This document shows positions 12,275 to 24,743 of a DNA stretch of 64,000 nt, piece by piece. The position numbers were made by a program, and so were the translations under genes. How positions within the stretch are numbered: the first letter of the stretch is position 1; every line of letters begins with the position of its first letter. Origin of the DNA: Isurus oxyrinchus (lineage: Eukaryota). Where the stretch lies: assembly GCA_026770705.1 (NCBI GenBank), contig JANJGN010000013.1, forward strand, positions 88,722,001-88,786,000, given 5' to 3'. The notes beneath the pieces were generated by a model that saw only the letters and a list, made by a program, of their open reading frames with translations, made no database searches and was not told the DNA's origin.

Positions 12275-13212
12275 CTACCTCAGGTTAGTGTCCTAGGATC
12301 AACCATCTTCAGCTGCTTCATCAATGACCTTCCTTCCATCATAAGGTCAGACGTGGAGATGTTTGCTGATGATTGCAAAATGTTCAGTATCATTCCCGAC
12401 ACTTCAGATACTGAAGCAGTCCATGCCCAAATGCAGCAAGACCTGGACAATATTAAGGCTTGGGCAGATTAGTGGCAAGTAACATTCATGCCACAGAAGT
12501 GCCAACAAGAAAGAATCTAACCATTTCCCCTGGCATTACCATTGCTGAATTCCCCCACTATCAAGATCCTGGAGATTACCATTGACCAGAAACTGAACTA
12601 GACTAGCCATATAAATACTGTGTCTACAAGAGCAGGTCAGAGGCTGGGAATTCTGCAGAGAGTTACTCACCTCCTGACTCCCCAAGGCTAGTCTACCATC
12701 CACAAGGCACAAGTCAGGAGTGTGATGGAATACTCTCCACTTGCCTGGATGAGTGCTGCTGCAATAACACTCAAGGAGGTCAACACCATCCAGGATAATA
12801 CAGCCTGCTTGAATGGCATCCCATCCACCAGCTTAAATATTCACTGTCTCCACCACCGACACACAGTAGCAGCTGTGCATACAATCTACAAGATGCTCTG
12901 CAGCAACTCACTAAGTCTCTTCGGCAGCACCTTCCAATCTCATAACCTCTACCACTTAAAAGGACAAGAGCAGCAGATGCATGGGAGGCAAGCTCACCTC
13001 TAGGCTACTCACCATCCTGACTTGGAACTACATCACCGTTCCTTCACTGTCACTGGGTCAAAATCCTGGAACTCCCTCCCTCACAGCAATGTAGATGTAC
13101 CTACACCACATGGACTGCAGCGGTTCAAGAAGGTGGATCACCACCACCTTCTCAAGGGCAATAAATGCTGGCCTAGCCAGTGATGCCCACATCCCATGAA
13201 TGAATAAAAAAA
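12275..13212 (+). mobile_element. LINE 3' portion from RT core to tail (same family as 1643-2162)
   Basis: PQVSVLGSTIFSCFINDLPSIIRSDVEMFADD RT motif, EYSPLAWMSAA, and tail cacatcccatgaatgaataaaaaaa. Confidence 0.88.
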
Positions 13213-13214
13213 GT

Positions 13215-14930
13215 GGTAGGTGTTAAGGAAAGCAAGGTAGAAAGGCTGTAAGGTTTAGGAAAGAAATTTCAGAACTTAGGGCATAGAGTGGCTGAAGCTG
13301 CATCCGCTAGTGGTGGAGCAATTAAAGTTGTGGATGCTCAAGAAACCTGAATTACAGAAGTGCAGATATCTCAGGGGGCTTTAGAGTGGGAAGAGATTAG
13401 AGAGATAGGGAGGAACCAGATCTGAGAAGGATTTGAAACCAAGGATGAGGATTTTAAAATTGAGGCTTTGCTTGACCGGGAGCCAACCCAGGTTCATGAG
13501 TACACGCACAGGAGTGAAAGGTGAAGGCATTTGGTATAAGTTAGGACACAGGCAGCAGAGTTTTGGATGACCTCATGTTTATAGAAGGTAGAATGTGGAA
13601 GGCTGGCCTGGTGTGCGTTGGAATAGTCAACTCCGGAGGTAATAAAGTTGCGAATGAGGCTTTCAGCAGAAGAGCTCAGACAAGGGCACAGTCGGTGATG
13701 GTATGGAGGTGGAAGTAAAAACAAAAAAACTGCGGATGGTGGAAATCCAAAACAAAAACAAAAACAGAATTACCTGGAAAAACTCAGCAGGTCTGGCAGC
13801 ATCGGCGGAGAAGAAAAGAGTTGACGTTTCGAGTCTTCATGACCCTTCGACAGAACTTGTTCTGTCGAAGGGTCATGAGGACTCGAAACATCAACCCTTT
13901 TCTTCTCCGCCGATGCTGCCAGACCTGCTGAGTTTTTCCAGGTAATTCTGTTTTTGTTTTTGTTTTGGAGGTGGAAATAGTTGGCCTGGGTGACAGTGTG
14001 GATATGTGGTAGAGGGTTCACCTCAAACATAACACCAAGGTTGCAAACAGTCTGGTTCAGCCTCAGACAGTTACCAGGGTGAAGGGGGAGGTCAGTGGTG
14101 AGGGAGCGGAGTTTGTGGCAGGGCAGGAGACAATGGTTTCACTCTGCCCAATATTGAATTTGAGGAGTACTCGATGTCAGGCAAGCATTTTGACACTGTA
14201 GAGGTACTGGCGTTGTCGAGAGAGGTAGGAATGAGGTAAAACTGGTTGTTGACAGTTTATATGTGGAAACTAACATGGTGCTTTCGATGATGTCACTGAG
14301 TGGTAACATGTAGATGAGAAATAGCAAGGCTCAAGGATCAATCCTTGGGGGACACCAGAGGTAACTGTGTGAGAGCAGGAGGAGAAATCATTGATGACAA
14401 TTTTCCAGCTACAATTAGATAGGTAAGAATGGAACCAGGCAAGGGCAGTCCCACCCAGTGGGGAAGCGTTAGAGAAAGATAATTTGATCAGATGTTGCAA
14501 GGACTGCAGACAAGTCAAGGAGGATGAAGAGGGATAGTTTGCCTTTGTCACAGTCGCATAGGATGTCATTGAGACTTTGAGAAAAAACTTTTTCAGTACT
14601 GTGACATGGCAGAAATCTGATTGGAGGGATTCAAACATGGAGTTCCAGGAAAGATGGGTATGAATTTTGGAGGAGATAACATTTTCGGTTTTGGAGAGAA
14701 AAAGGAGATTGGAGATGGGGGCAGTAGTTTGCAAGGATGGAGACTTGATGGATTGGACTTTTGAGGAGAGGTGATAATGGCGGATTTGAAAGAGAGAGGA
14801 ACAGAACCTGAGGAGAGAGAACTGTTAACAATATCGACTAATGTGGTCCAAGAAGGGAAATTGGGTGGTCAGTAGTTTAGTGGCGATAGAGTCAAGAGAG
14901 CAGGAACTGGGTCTCATGGATAAAATGAGC
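13215..14930 (-). mobile_element. L2 LINE ORF2 remnant, interrupted by the hairpin element
   Basis: Minus-strand peptides GTALAWFHSYLSN, TSGVPQGLIL and FITSGVDYSNA...IQNSAACVLT are typical of L2 RT. Confidence 0.85.
13718..13969. mobile_element. Fold-back (inverted pLTR) Penelope-like insert: 111-bp arms, 2-nt loop, about 14-bp target duplication
   Basis: Arms 13746-13856 and 13859-13969 are near-perfect reverse complements; tggaggtggaa(g/a)ta occurs at 13704-13717 and 13966-13979. Confidence 0.88.
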
Positions 14931-15474
14931 TCAAAGTGGTTTTGGGATACGGAATGTTGGGCTGACAGTCAGTATTGAAATAGTTCTTACACATCATCTG
15001 CTGTTGGTATACTTGCATTGCTTTGAACACATGTAGTGCTGAATGCTTCACAGGAGCAGTACGATTATTTGAAAGTGAAAACCTTTTCTTCCCATCCTTT
15101 CATTTACTAAAAAAAAACTTTGCTCAATTTTTATTTATTTTGACTTCCCGCTTTCTCCCTCCTTCTCCTGCTGCTTTTCACAATTCTCTAAGTGCGATCT
15201 CCTGCAGTCCCACTCTGCTACTAGCTGTTAGCAGGAGCGTGAGAGTGGCTGGGAATATCTCCCTGGTTGCATTCACCCTGAATCTGTTTGAAGCAGGAGG
15301 TAATTTCCTTTGAAACCCTCCAGCCAGCTACGCTGGGGTACAGTGGCATAACGGTTATTCTTTCTGGACTAGTAAGTGATCTGGACTAATGAGTGTAGAA
15401 ATGATTTCAAATCCTGCCATAGCAGCTGAGAATTTAAATTCAATTAATTAAATAAGTCTCGAATAAGGAGCTAG

Positions 15475-16227
15475 GTGCCTCAGTAGCCAGGTTTTGGCTA
15501 CTGAGGCATATAATTTCATTTGGGAAATTCCTTAACTTGCTGGATCCGCCTCAGTAAAAAGTTGTCTGAAATGTGCAAGTTTTGTGGGGGGTTTGGTGGG
15601 GGGAGGGGTTTGGGGTGTGCGGTGGTGTTGGCGCAGTGCGGGATGGAACTGTGCCTGTCAATTCCGAAGTGGAGTGTAGGCTGCCATGGGGGGGTGGGGG
15701 GGGGGGGGGGGGGGGTGGTGGCGGGTGCTTAGGTGGGCTTTGTCCCAGTCATTTTGGAAGCTGTTAGGCCCTCTAGCCCTCACCCTTCAGACCCCTGCAA
15801 CGACCCTACCCCATGTTCCCTCATACCCTGCGTGCCACCTCCACAGCCGGCCACCCAGTACCCATCATGGGCAGGCTTCAGGAGACATGTAGAGATGAAA
15901 AAAAATCAACAATCTTATACAGCTCTCACTCCTACGTACTTGGTAGCGATAAAACTCCCATTCATGAAAGCCATTCAAAGCTTTCAAATCTCCTCGAATG
16001 GTTAATCTGTTATAAAAACAAACATCTATTTCACTAACTACATCAAAGACAGCTAATCCTTTAATAGTCTCTTTAAGATATCAATTAAACTATGAGCTCA
16101 GAACTCCTGTTGAGATAGTTGTAAATGGTTTCAGCTGGAAAGGGGCAGGGCTTCCAAATCTGGGCCACACCCACCATTTTTTAGAAGGTCTTTGGAACCT
16201 TCCCGACTTCTATGAAAATTTGGCCCC
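15475..16227. mobile_element. MITE-like insert splitting a SINE-like element; 14-bp hairpin at the left end and an internal G-run
   Basis: Host sequence ...aggagctag resumes as tagtgtcagtgatggtgac (tag on both sides); right terminus gaaaatttggccc. Confidence 0.5.
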
Positions 16228-17130
16228 TAGTGTCAGTGATGGTGACTATTAGTTGATAGTTAGAAAAACCCATCTGACTCACAAATTACTTCAAACCCAC
16301 AACAATGTGGTTGGCTCTTAATTGCCCTCTGAGATGGCCTAGAAAACCACTCATTGGGGTGGCTTTAATGGTTTTGACCATTGATCCATCCACTGGATGG
16401 AGACCCCTCACCGTGGCCATTTCTGGGCACCCTGACATGGTTAAGATCCAATCGGGGACCTGCTTGGTCAGCGTGGGGTTCTTGGATCCTTCAGTGCAGA
16501 TGTCCCACCTCTGAGAGCTGCTGGTCAATCAGAGGCTGGCAGCTGTTCAGCACCAGAAGCACCACTGGGACCACCGACCATTGTCAGTACTGCCCCAGGA
16601 GGAGGAACTGATATAAAACTCTATGGGGTTAATCAGACAGGCTGCGGTGAGGAGGGGGAGGGGGAGGCAGGTTGGTTTAAAGGGCAAGGGTCAGTCTTCC
16701 AATGGGAATGGACCTTGCTACCAGCGGGTCTCTCTGTTGCACATAGGGTGCCCGAGAAGGATCAACCCTCCCTCTCTTCTCAGGGTTTATCTGGCAGCCA
16801 GCCCACACGATGTGACCATGCAAGGGTCTCAATCAGGAAGGCTGTCCTCGACCCTTCCTGTTCGGACTTGTTTGGGTGTAGTTGTGAATGTGGCGAGCTC
16901 TCCATCCCGCTACCTTCACGGCCCTTTTTGAGTGCCCCCCCCCTCACCCCCCCCCCCACCACCTCTCATCCCACTCTCAGGGGGCATTGAATTACGCCCA
17001 TTGTATTAAAACCATTCTGAGAAGGCCAAATAAAATGATACTGGATTGATCACTTGGCTTTGACCAAAGCAGACATGACAAAGGTTCACCCAGTCCAGTC
17101 AACTCTGCAAAGACCCCCTCACTAATACCT

Positions 17131-17816
17131 GGGCAGGATTTTACGTTCGTCAGGTTGTCAGCACGCCCACCCCGATTGGACAAAAAATCACGCGCGATGA
17201 CATTGGGCAAGTGTCCTAACGTCATCGAGTACTCTCACGATCTTTCGGTGGCGTGCGTGCGCAGGAATCGGCAGCAGCGCGCACACTAACAATTGAGAGG
17301 CCTATTAAGGCCGTTAAGCAATTAATTAATCTGTATTTTTCGCTGCCCATTCAACTGTTCGGTTGGCGGGCAGGCAAATAGGCCAGGCAGCCCTTGCATT
17401 TTTTATGAAACCTCATCCATGGGCAGGATGAGGTTTCAAACGGTAAATAAAAAAAACAGAAAAAGTTTTCAATTTCATTTCAAACGTCCCTCTTGATGTG
17501 ACTGAGTCACATGAGGGGACATGTTTATATCATTAATAAAATCTTTATTTTCCTTGTAGGATCTTCAGCTGCCTGAGGCAGCTCAGTACCCTCAGGGAGC
17601 TTTCAGTGCACGCTGCCTTGCGCATGCGCAGGTTTCCACGCCCACCCTCCTCCGCCCCCACTCCAACAACGCTGAGCTTCTCAGTGTGCCTTTCATGCTG
17701 GCAGCCCATTAATTGGCTAGCCAGTGTGAATTCGCGGTCGGGAGCCAATCGCGGGCAGTGGGCCTTTTCCCAGATGCTCCCGGGCGCACCCACCCAACAA
17801 ACGTAAAATCCTGCCC
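17131..17816. mobile_element. PIF/Harbinger-like MITE (about 690 bp)
   Basis: Perfect 17-bp TIR GGGCAGGATTTTACGTT / AACGTAAAATCCTGCCC; (c)ctg duplicated at the ends; interior homologous to the 22075 and 58227 elements. Confidence 0.85.
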
Positions 17817-17859
17817 CTGCGGATGTACGTCAAAATTGAGAGAGCTCATAGAGTAGTCA

Positions 17860-18130
17860 TGCACCAAGGCTTCTTTGACAGCACCTTCTAAACCTGCATA
17901 CTCTACTGACTGGAAGGACAAGGGTAGCATGGGAACACCACCACCTGCAAGTTCCCCTCCAAGCTGGGCCAAAATCCTGGAACTCCCTTCCTAACAGCAC
18001 TGTGGGTGTATATATGGACTGCAGCTGTTCAAGCAGGTGACTCACCACCACCTTCTCAAGGGCATTTAGGTTTGGGCAACAAAAGCTGGCCCAGCCAGCA
18101 ATGCCCACATCCCGTGAATGAATATATAAA
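17860..18130 (+). mobile_element. LINE 3' tail (family of 12275-13212)
   Basis: caccaccttctcaagggc...cacatcccgtgaatgaat tail. Confidence 0.75.
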
Positions 18131-19796
18131 AATGGAATCATCCTGGATGCCTCCTCCTTCATTCAGCCAATGCACCTTGGCACTCTGAGCAAAAAGCCTG
18201 CCTCTTACACATGCTGTAAGTACATATCGTTAAAGTATTGAAAATCTCAGACTCAGAGAACAGTTTTACAATATGTCGTCTGGAGTATCTACCCATAGTG
18301 GAATCTTTCCCCTTAGGTTCTCACTTGATTCATTTCAAAATTGCTGCCTTCTTAAATTTTGAATCATTTTCATTTTACATTTAGAGCAGTGGGAGATGAT
18401 GGCTCAGATCTTGCTCTTGCTTGAATCTTGCTGTGTAAAGTTGACATTGCAGGGTTTATGGCAGCCTACGTGAGCCAGCATAGCACCTGGCAAACCTGCT
18501 GGGCTCAACCAGGTGCTAAATGTTTCTCGAATAAGCTCGTGTCAGTATTGTTGCCTATGCTTGGGGGGGGAAGAAGGGGAGAGATAGAAGAGAGGAGAGC
18601 CGGAATATCGATTGTTTACAGGAGCCAGATGCTTGCAGCAGCTTAAGCAGAGGGATGGCCTCTCATTTTTGCTACCTCTGCCAACTTGGCAAATGTCACT
18701 GATCTGCAGTTACCACTCAGTTTTCCACAACTGACGCTCGGCTAATCATGGTGTTGTCTTACCTCCAGAAATGCTGGATGCCTGTTAAATGCTGGGGTCC
18801 AGCGTTGCTAAGGTGATAATGATGTCATCATTGCATGATCTGACTGTGCCTGATTCAGGGATATGGGGAGCAGGTGGGAAATTGGAGTTGAAGTCCAAGA
18901 TCAGCCATGATCGTATTGAATGGCGGAGCAGGCTCAAAGGGCTGTGTGGTCTACTCCTGCTTCTATTTCTTATGTTCTTGTGCCTACTAATACTTCTGCC
19001 ATATACCATCACTCCCAGCAGAATATTATACCCCATAAAACAATGGGAGTCTCTAATGGTTAGCCAAATGCATTGTTTAATGTGTCAAACAAAACTGCAG
19101 CTCCAGCCTAAAAGCTTTTCTCTCCAGTCACAGGCCAGAAGGAATCCAAAAAATCAGTATTCCTCACCAAAGAAGTAGTGTTGAAATGGAAAGTCCCATC
19201 CTGGCTTGACATAATCCCTTTTTAACATTGCATTTGAGAGTGATGGTGAGGAAAGAGATTCAGGCTGTAGTGGAGGAAGGGAGGTTAATATTCATTTCTA
19301 GGATGTGGATGTCAGTGGCTTTCATTACCCTTTGTCATAGTTGTCCTATGAAGGTGGTAGTGAGCGTTCTTCTTGAATGTTATTGTTCATGTGGTGGAAG
19401 TACTTCCACAATGCTGTTAGATAGGGGTTTCGAAGGTTTTGACCCAGCAACATTGGATGAACGGTAATCTATGTCCAAGTTAGGATGGTGTGTGATAGTA
19501 GGGCTGCCAGAATTATATTCTACAGATACAAATCCAAAATGTGGAGAAGGGATTGGATAGTTTGTGCATTTTCATTCTTTTCTTTGCAGTGTGAAGAAAA
19601 TGGAATTTTGTTTTATGTGTGAATATATTTCCAGTTATTATCACCTGTGACTAGTCTCACCTTTAGGGTGGTGCATGGAGTCTATGTTCCTGTGAAGTTC
19701 TTTTTTTTGTACATTCCACTATGACTAAAAGCTTTATTCTGAGTGTGAATCACCAATCCTGATGTTTTACTGGATTTGGAGTTATTGTTAGTGGGG

Positions 19797-20370
19797 TGGT
19801 GAAAATGGGAAATGGGACACTTACCTTTACCATTCGAGACATAGATTACAAAATTAGGGAGGTCATGTTGGAGTTGTATAGAACTTTAGTGAGGCCACAG
19901 CTGGAGTACTGTGTGCAGTTCTGGTTGCCACATTATAGGAAGGATGTGATTGTACTGGAGGGGGTGCAGAGGAGATTCACCAGGATGTTGCCTGGGATGA
20001 AACATTTAAGTTATGAAGAGAGGCTGGATAGACTTGGGTTGTTTTCGTTGGTTGGTTCCCCTTAGTTGTAGGATCAGTCACGAGGGGACATAAGTTCAAG
20101 GTGAGGGGCAGGAGGTTTAAGGGGGATGTGAGGAAAAACTTTTTTACCTAGAGTGTGTTGACAGTCTGGAATGTGCTGCCTGGGAGGGTGGTGGAGGCGG
20201 GTTGTCTCACATCCTTTAAAAAGTACTGGATGATCACTTAGCACATCATAACATTCAAGGCTATGGACCAAGTGCTGGTGAATGGGATTTGGTAGGTAGG
20301 TCAGGTGTTTCTCACGTGTCGGAGCAGACTCGATGGGCTGAAGCGCCTCTTCTGCACTGTGATTCTGTGT
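19797..20370 (+). mobile_element. CR1 LINE 3' fragment
   Basis: LYRTLVRPQLEYCVQFWLPHYRKDVIVLEGVQRRFTRMLPGM, the canonical CR1 ORF2 C-terminus. Confidence 0.9.
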
Positions 20371-20591
20371 GATAAATGAACTCCATTAAAACAACGGGTA
20401 AATATTCCACCTGCTGCCCATGCTGGTTATTCAGGGGACGAGGGAGCTGGGGGTGGGGTCATGATTGGAAACTTATTTGGTGCGGTCCCCAACTTCATGC
20501 CCACTAATCCCTCGCACTGGAATTGGCCACCTCAGATGTGGCTGCCCGCATCTGCACTGCTGCTTGTCAAATGAAGAAAGTATGGCAGAGA

Positions 20592-20696
20592 TAAAAACAA
20601 AAAACTGCGGATGCTGGAAATCCAAAGCAAAAACAGAATTACCTGGAAAAACTCAGCAGGTCTGGCAGCATCAGCGGAGAAGAAAAGAGTTGACGT
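20592..20696 (-). mobile_element. Single-arm copy of the Penelope-like hairpin element, inside an older MITE-like sequence
   Basis: Nearly identical to the left arms at 13718 and 58603; stops at gagttgacgt. Confidence 0.85.
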
Positions 20697-22074
20697 ATGC
20701 AGGATATTTTCAGATCATGGTCATACACAGGCCCCGTCATCTCATCGAAAATTTCGAATATATGCAATTTTAAAAATTTTGCTTTTCTTTTTCCTCAGGC
20801 ATTTCAGTGACTGCCTGTTAAATCCCTGTGGCCCTCCAGCACGGTCCCAAGAGCCTACCCCTTGCATTCCAATTACCTCAGAGCCAGAATGTTAGGGCAA
20901 ATGGACATCTTCATGGAAAGAAGGATTCCCACCATGCCCAAGATGCTGCCCACCCTCAGCTCAATTGAAGATATGGACCTGTAGGAAAAATACTTCTTTG
21001 ACCTACATGGGTTCCCAGAAAAGCCTCAAATTTAAAATTCCCAACCTTTTTGTTCTAGTTTCTCCATGACCTTGCACCTCCTGATCTCTGTCACTTCCTC
21101 TAGTCCTTCAACTTTCCAAGAACTCTCTGTTCCTCAAACTCAGGCCTCTTTGACCTTGCAACTACCTTTGCCCTGCCATTAGTGTCAATGCCTTCAATTG
21201 CTTAAGCCCTAAGGCCTGAAATTCCCTCCTCAAAACACCTGGCTTTGCCATCTCCCTTTCCTCCTTTACATTGCCCCTTACAACCTAACTCTTTTACCAA
21301 GCTTTTGGTCAGCCATTCTAATGTGGTTCAGTATGAGTTTTTTTTCTGATACTGCTCCCGTGTAACACCTTCGCATGTTTTACTATGTTAAAGATGCTAG
21401 GTAAATCTAAGTTATTGTATTGGATGAAATATGCCATTAGGATAGAGATTTGAGTGAGTTTTCCCATCTTCCAACTGTCTCCTCTATCTCAGCAGTAAAA
21501 AAAAAGTGCTTTGAGTATCTGAAATATCAGTCTTTGAATTCGTTCTAGTCTGCATAAATCCTGAAGTTATCTGGCCCTAGGTGGAACATTAGACGACACA
21601 ATCAACAATGTGATCTGTTGATCAGTAGGGATGGTTTAAAATGTGTGCTCTTTCTGAAACTAAAACATTAGGTATCTATATACTGAAGGACTTTGGATTT
21701 TGGGTGTCTGGAGGACCCTGTTTTATATTTTCTACATGTGCTGGGTGAAAACTCACATGCATCATGCATGACCGAACTGAGCCTTACATGCAATTTTGGG
21801 CAGGCAGGAATTTATCATTCAGACAATGGTTGTTAATCCACTCCAGCTTTTCGACCCTTTGTCATTCTGCTCACCTGCAACAGTTGGAGGTTATTGTTAA
21901 TGGAGTTTGTGGCTGAGTAAACGTTACTGATTAATATGATTGTGAATTTTGATTTGGAGCAGTAATTAAAATGGCATTTCCAATACACCCAATTAACTCA
22001 TGTTAATGGATCTGAATCATTGTTGAGCATCATGTATTGAACTGCATCAGGATAAGCCATTGTGTTAACATTAT

Positions 22075-22790
22075 GGGCTGAATTTTCCCATCAGCGAGCG
22101 CGGTTGGGGCCCATTTGCTGACACGTAAAATGATGCGCAGTGATGTCAGGCGTGCGCCCCGATGTCACCACGCGTCATTTAGATTGTCAGTTCAGTGGGC
22201 ATGCAGCCGACGCAGTTGTGCGCCTGTCAAACTGTCAAAGGCCTATTAAGGTCATTATTAAATTAATTAAAGTTATTAAGAATGCTGCCCGTCCAACCTT
22301 AAGGTTGATGGGCAGGCGAAGAGCCCAGGCGGCCTTTGCATTTTTCATGAAATCTCATCCATGGGCGGGATGAGGTTTCATGAAGGGTTTGTTAATTAAA
22401 TTAAATTTTTGAAAAAATTAATGGACATGTCCCAGCTCATGTGACAGTTTCACATGAGGGGACATGTCCTTAAAATCTTTTTCCACCTTTATTAAATTTT
22501 CCACAACTTAAACTAATCTCCTTGAGGCACCTCCGTGCTTCAGGGAGGTTTCTGCACCCTTTCGTGCACATGCACGACAGAGGGCAGGCCCTGACTCTGG
22601 GAAGCCCCTCGCCCCCCACCGGCATGTACAGGGAGCCCTTGGCGCTTCCAGGTGTGTGTCATGCTGGGCGGCCTTAATTGGCCTGCACACGTAAAATGGC
22701 AGCACGCACTTGATTGGGGGCACTGATCAGATTCATGCCCATTCCCACCCGCCCCTGCACAACCCCCCCAACGGGGGGAAAATTCTTCCC
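22075..22790. mobile_element. PIF/Harbinger-like MITE (about 715 bp)
   Basis: Termini GGGCTGAATTTTCCC / GGGAAAATTCTTCCC with a 3-bp TAT duplication (22072-22074 and 22791-22793). Confidence 0.85.
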
Positions 22791-23029
22791 TATGTCCTGA
22801 GATCAGCCATGTTTGGGCATGTTGCAGTTTGAAATAGCAGAATTCCATCTTGACCAGCAGTGCATCAATTGAACTAGTATGTCAGTTCTGTAAAGGAGTA
22901 TCATGCTCATTCAGAAGCCTGAATGTGGTGCATCTCTACAAATGTTCATTGTAGCCATGATGGTCTGGCATGATGGACCAGTTAGATTTTTCCTGTACGT
23001 CAGTTTTGTGTGCTCATGTGTTTGAGTTG

Positions 23030-23590
23030 AAAAGACAGAAATAAGGAAGTTATGGTAAACTATAATAAATTAGCATCTAGCCCTCAGTATTATGGCCAAT
23101 TCTGGACATCACATCTTAGGAAGGATGTCAAAACTCCAGAGAAAGTGCAGAGCAATATTACCAGAATGACACCAGGAATGAGGGACTTTAGTAATGCAAA
23201 GAGCCTAGAGAAGTTGGGATTATTCTCCTTAGCATAGGGAAGGTTAAGCTGAGATTCAATGGAGGTGTTCAAAATCATGAGGTGTTATGATAGAGTATAT
23301 AAGGAGAAACTGTTTCCACTGGTGTGTGAGCCAGTAACCAGGGAACAGAGATTTAAAATAACTGGAAAATAGGGAGATAAGGAGAATTTTTTCACATGGC
23401 AAGTTATGATTTGGAATGTGTTGCCTGAAAGGGTGGTGCAAGCGGATACAATAGTAACTTTTAAAGGAATTGGATAGATACTTGAAAAAAACAATGCAGG
23501 GCTTTGGGAAAAGAGCAGGGGAGTGGGACTACTTGCATAGCTCTTTCAAAGAGTCAGTACTGGCACAATGGACCAAATGGCCTCTTCTCA
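23030..23590 (+). mobile_element. CR1 LINE 3' fragment
   Basis: QFWTSHLRKDVKTPEKVQSNITRMTPGMRDFS...LEKLGLFSL. Confidence 0.85.
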
Positions 23591-24663
23591 AACATCCAGG
23601 AATCAGCGGTAGCTTACTCATTTGAAATGTAATGCCTAATTCAACACAGTATCACCCAAGTACTACTTAGATGGGCATGAACTGAACATGACATTACATA
23701 GTGGAGTTAACCAGAAGAGATATTGCTTCATAGAGGGAATTGTCTCTTAGTTAAAGCCTTCAATTGAAGTGCTAAGAACTGCATGTTATTAACAGACTGG
23801 TTATGGTGATGTCAGAAATCCTTTGCTTGCTTGATTGAATTCAGTCCAAGTGTACAACTGAACAAATGTGAAGAGTAGAGCAATGTTTTTAATTCAGTTT
23901 AAATTAAGATCATCACCTTGTCAACCTAAAGAGAGTCAGGATATTATCTATGTTTAAACTGAATGGAGTAGATTTTGGGTGATGGTGGGTTGCAGCCTGT
24001 TTTACATCTCTCCTCATTCTTATTTCTACTGAAGTCAGTGTTGCACAAAGTCAAGTTTAACCAATGACACAGCTGAATAGGCAGACTGTCATCATTATTG
24101 ATATCTTGAATCATCAGCTGCAAAATCATTCGAACTTGCATAGTTGTCACATTTTGGAATTGTTCACTATTTGGCCTAGGATGCTGTTATTAAATCAGCT
24201 ACCAATGGATTAAATTGACACAAGCTTTGTATAATAAAGATTAGATCCAGAGAAAATATTTGTCCAGACGTACCACATCAGTTTGAGACAGTGGAGTTCA
24301 TTAATATATTCCACCCATAATATGTTGTAATGGCCTCATTGTACTAAGCCCAGTGGGAAGTGGTTAGCTGCCAAAGGAGCCTAGGAGAGTGATAGCAAGT
24401 TTAAACCTGCATTAAGAGACTCGTCTATAAGGCCACCAGAAATCAGTGGCAAAGATGCAGTTTCATTGTATATAATTCTCACTATGCATTGACATATTTG
24501 TAAAATTTATCAATGGTTTTTATTTTGAAAGCTAAGTTAAATGTCACAGATGGAACAATATTCACAGACAGCACAGGCCTTTGAGAAGAGTGGTGGTTGC
24601 TGTGTGGGATTGGTTGGTGGAGTATGTACAATATGTTCTCAAAAATGTTGCTCTCTTTCGTAG

Positions 24664-24743
24664 ATGAGCCCTACCCTCTTCAGCTTATCCCCACAACCAT
24701 GGCAGCAGCAGCAACACCAGGGCTTGGCCAGCTCCAGCTGCAG
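24664..24743 (+). CDS. SOX5: SOX5 internal coding exon ([27 protein letters not shown])
   Basis: ctctctttcgtag acceptor; CAG|gtaaga donor; 80 nt, phase 1 to 0, in frame with the previous exon. Matches SOX5 [28 protein letters not shown]. Confidence 0.95.

Noticed and set aside
13703-14030. Near-identical peptides on both strands (NKNRITWKNSAGLAASAEKKRVDV...)
   Set aside because: A by-product of the DNA palindrome, not evidence of protein coding.
15686-15722. Long G homopolymer giving poly-Gly ORFs
   Set aside because: A simple repeat inside a MITE-like insert; length may be unreliable.
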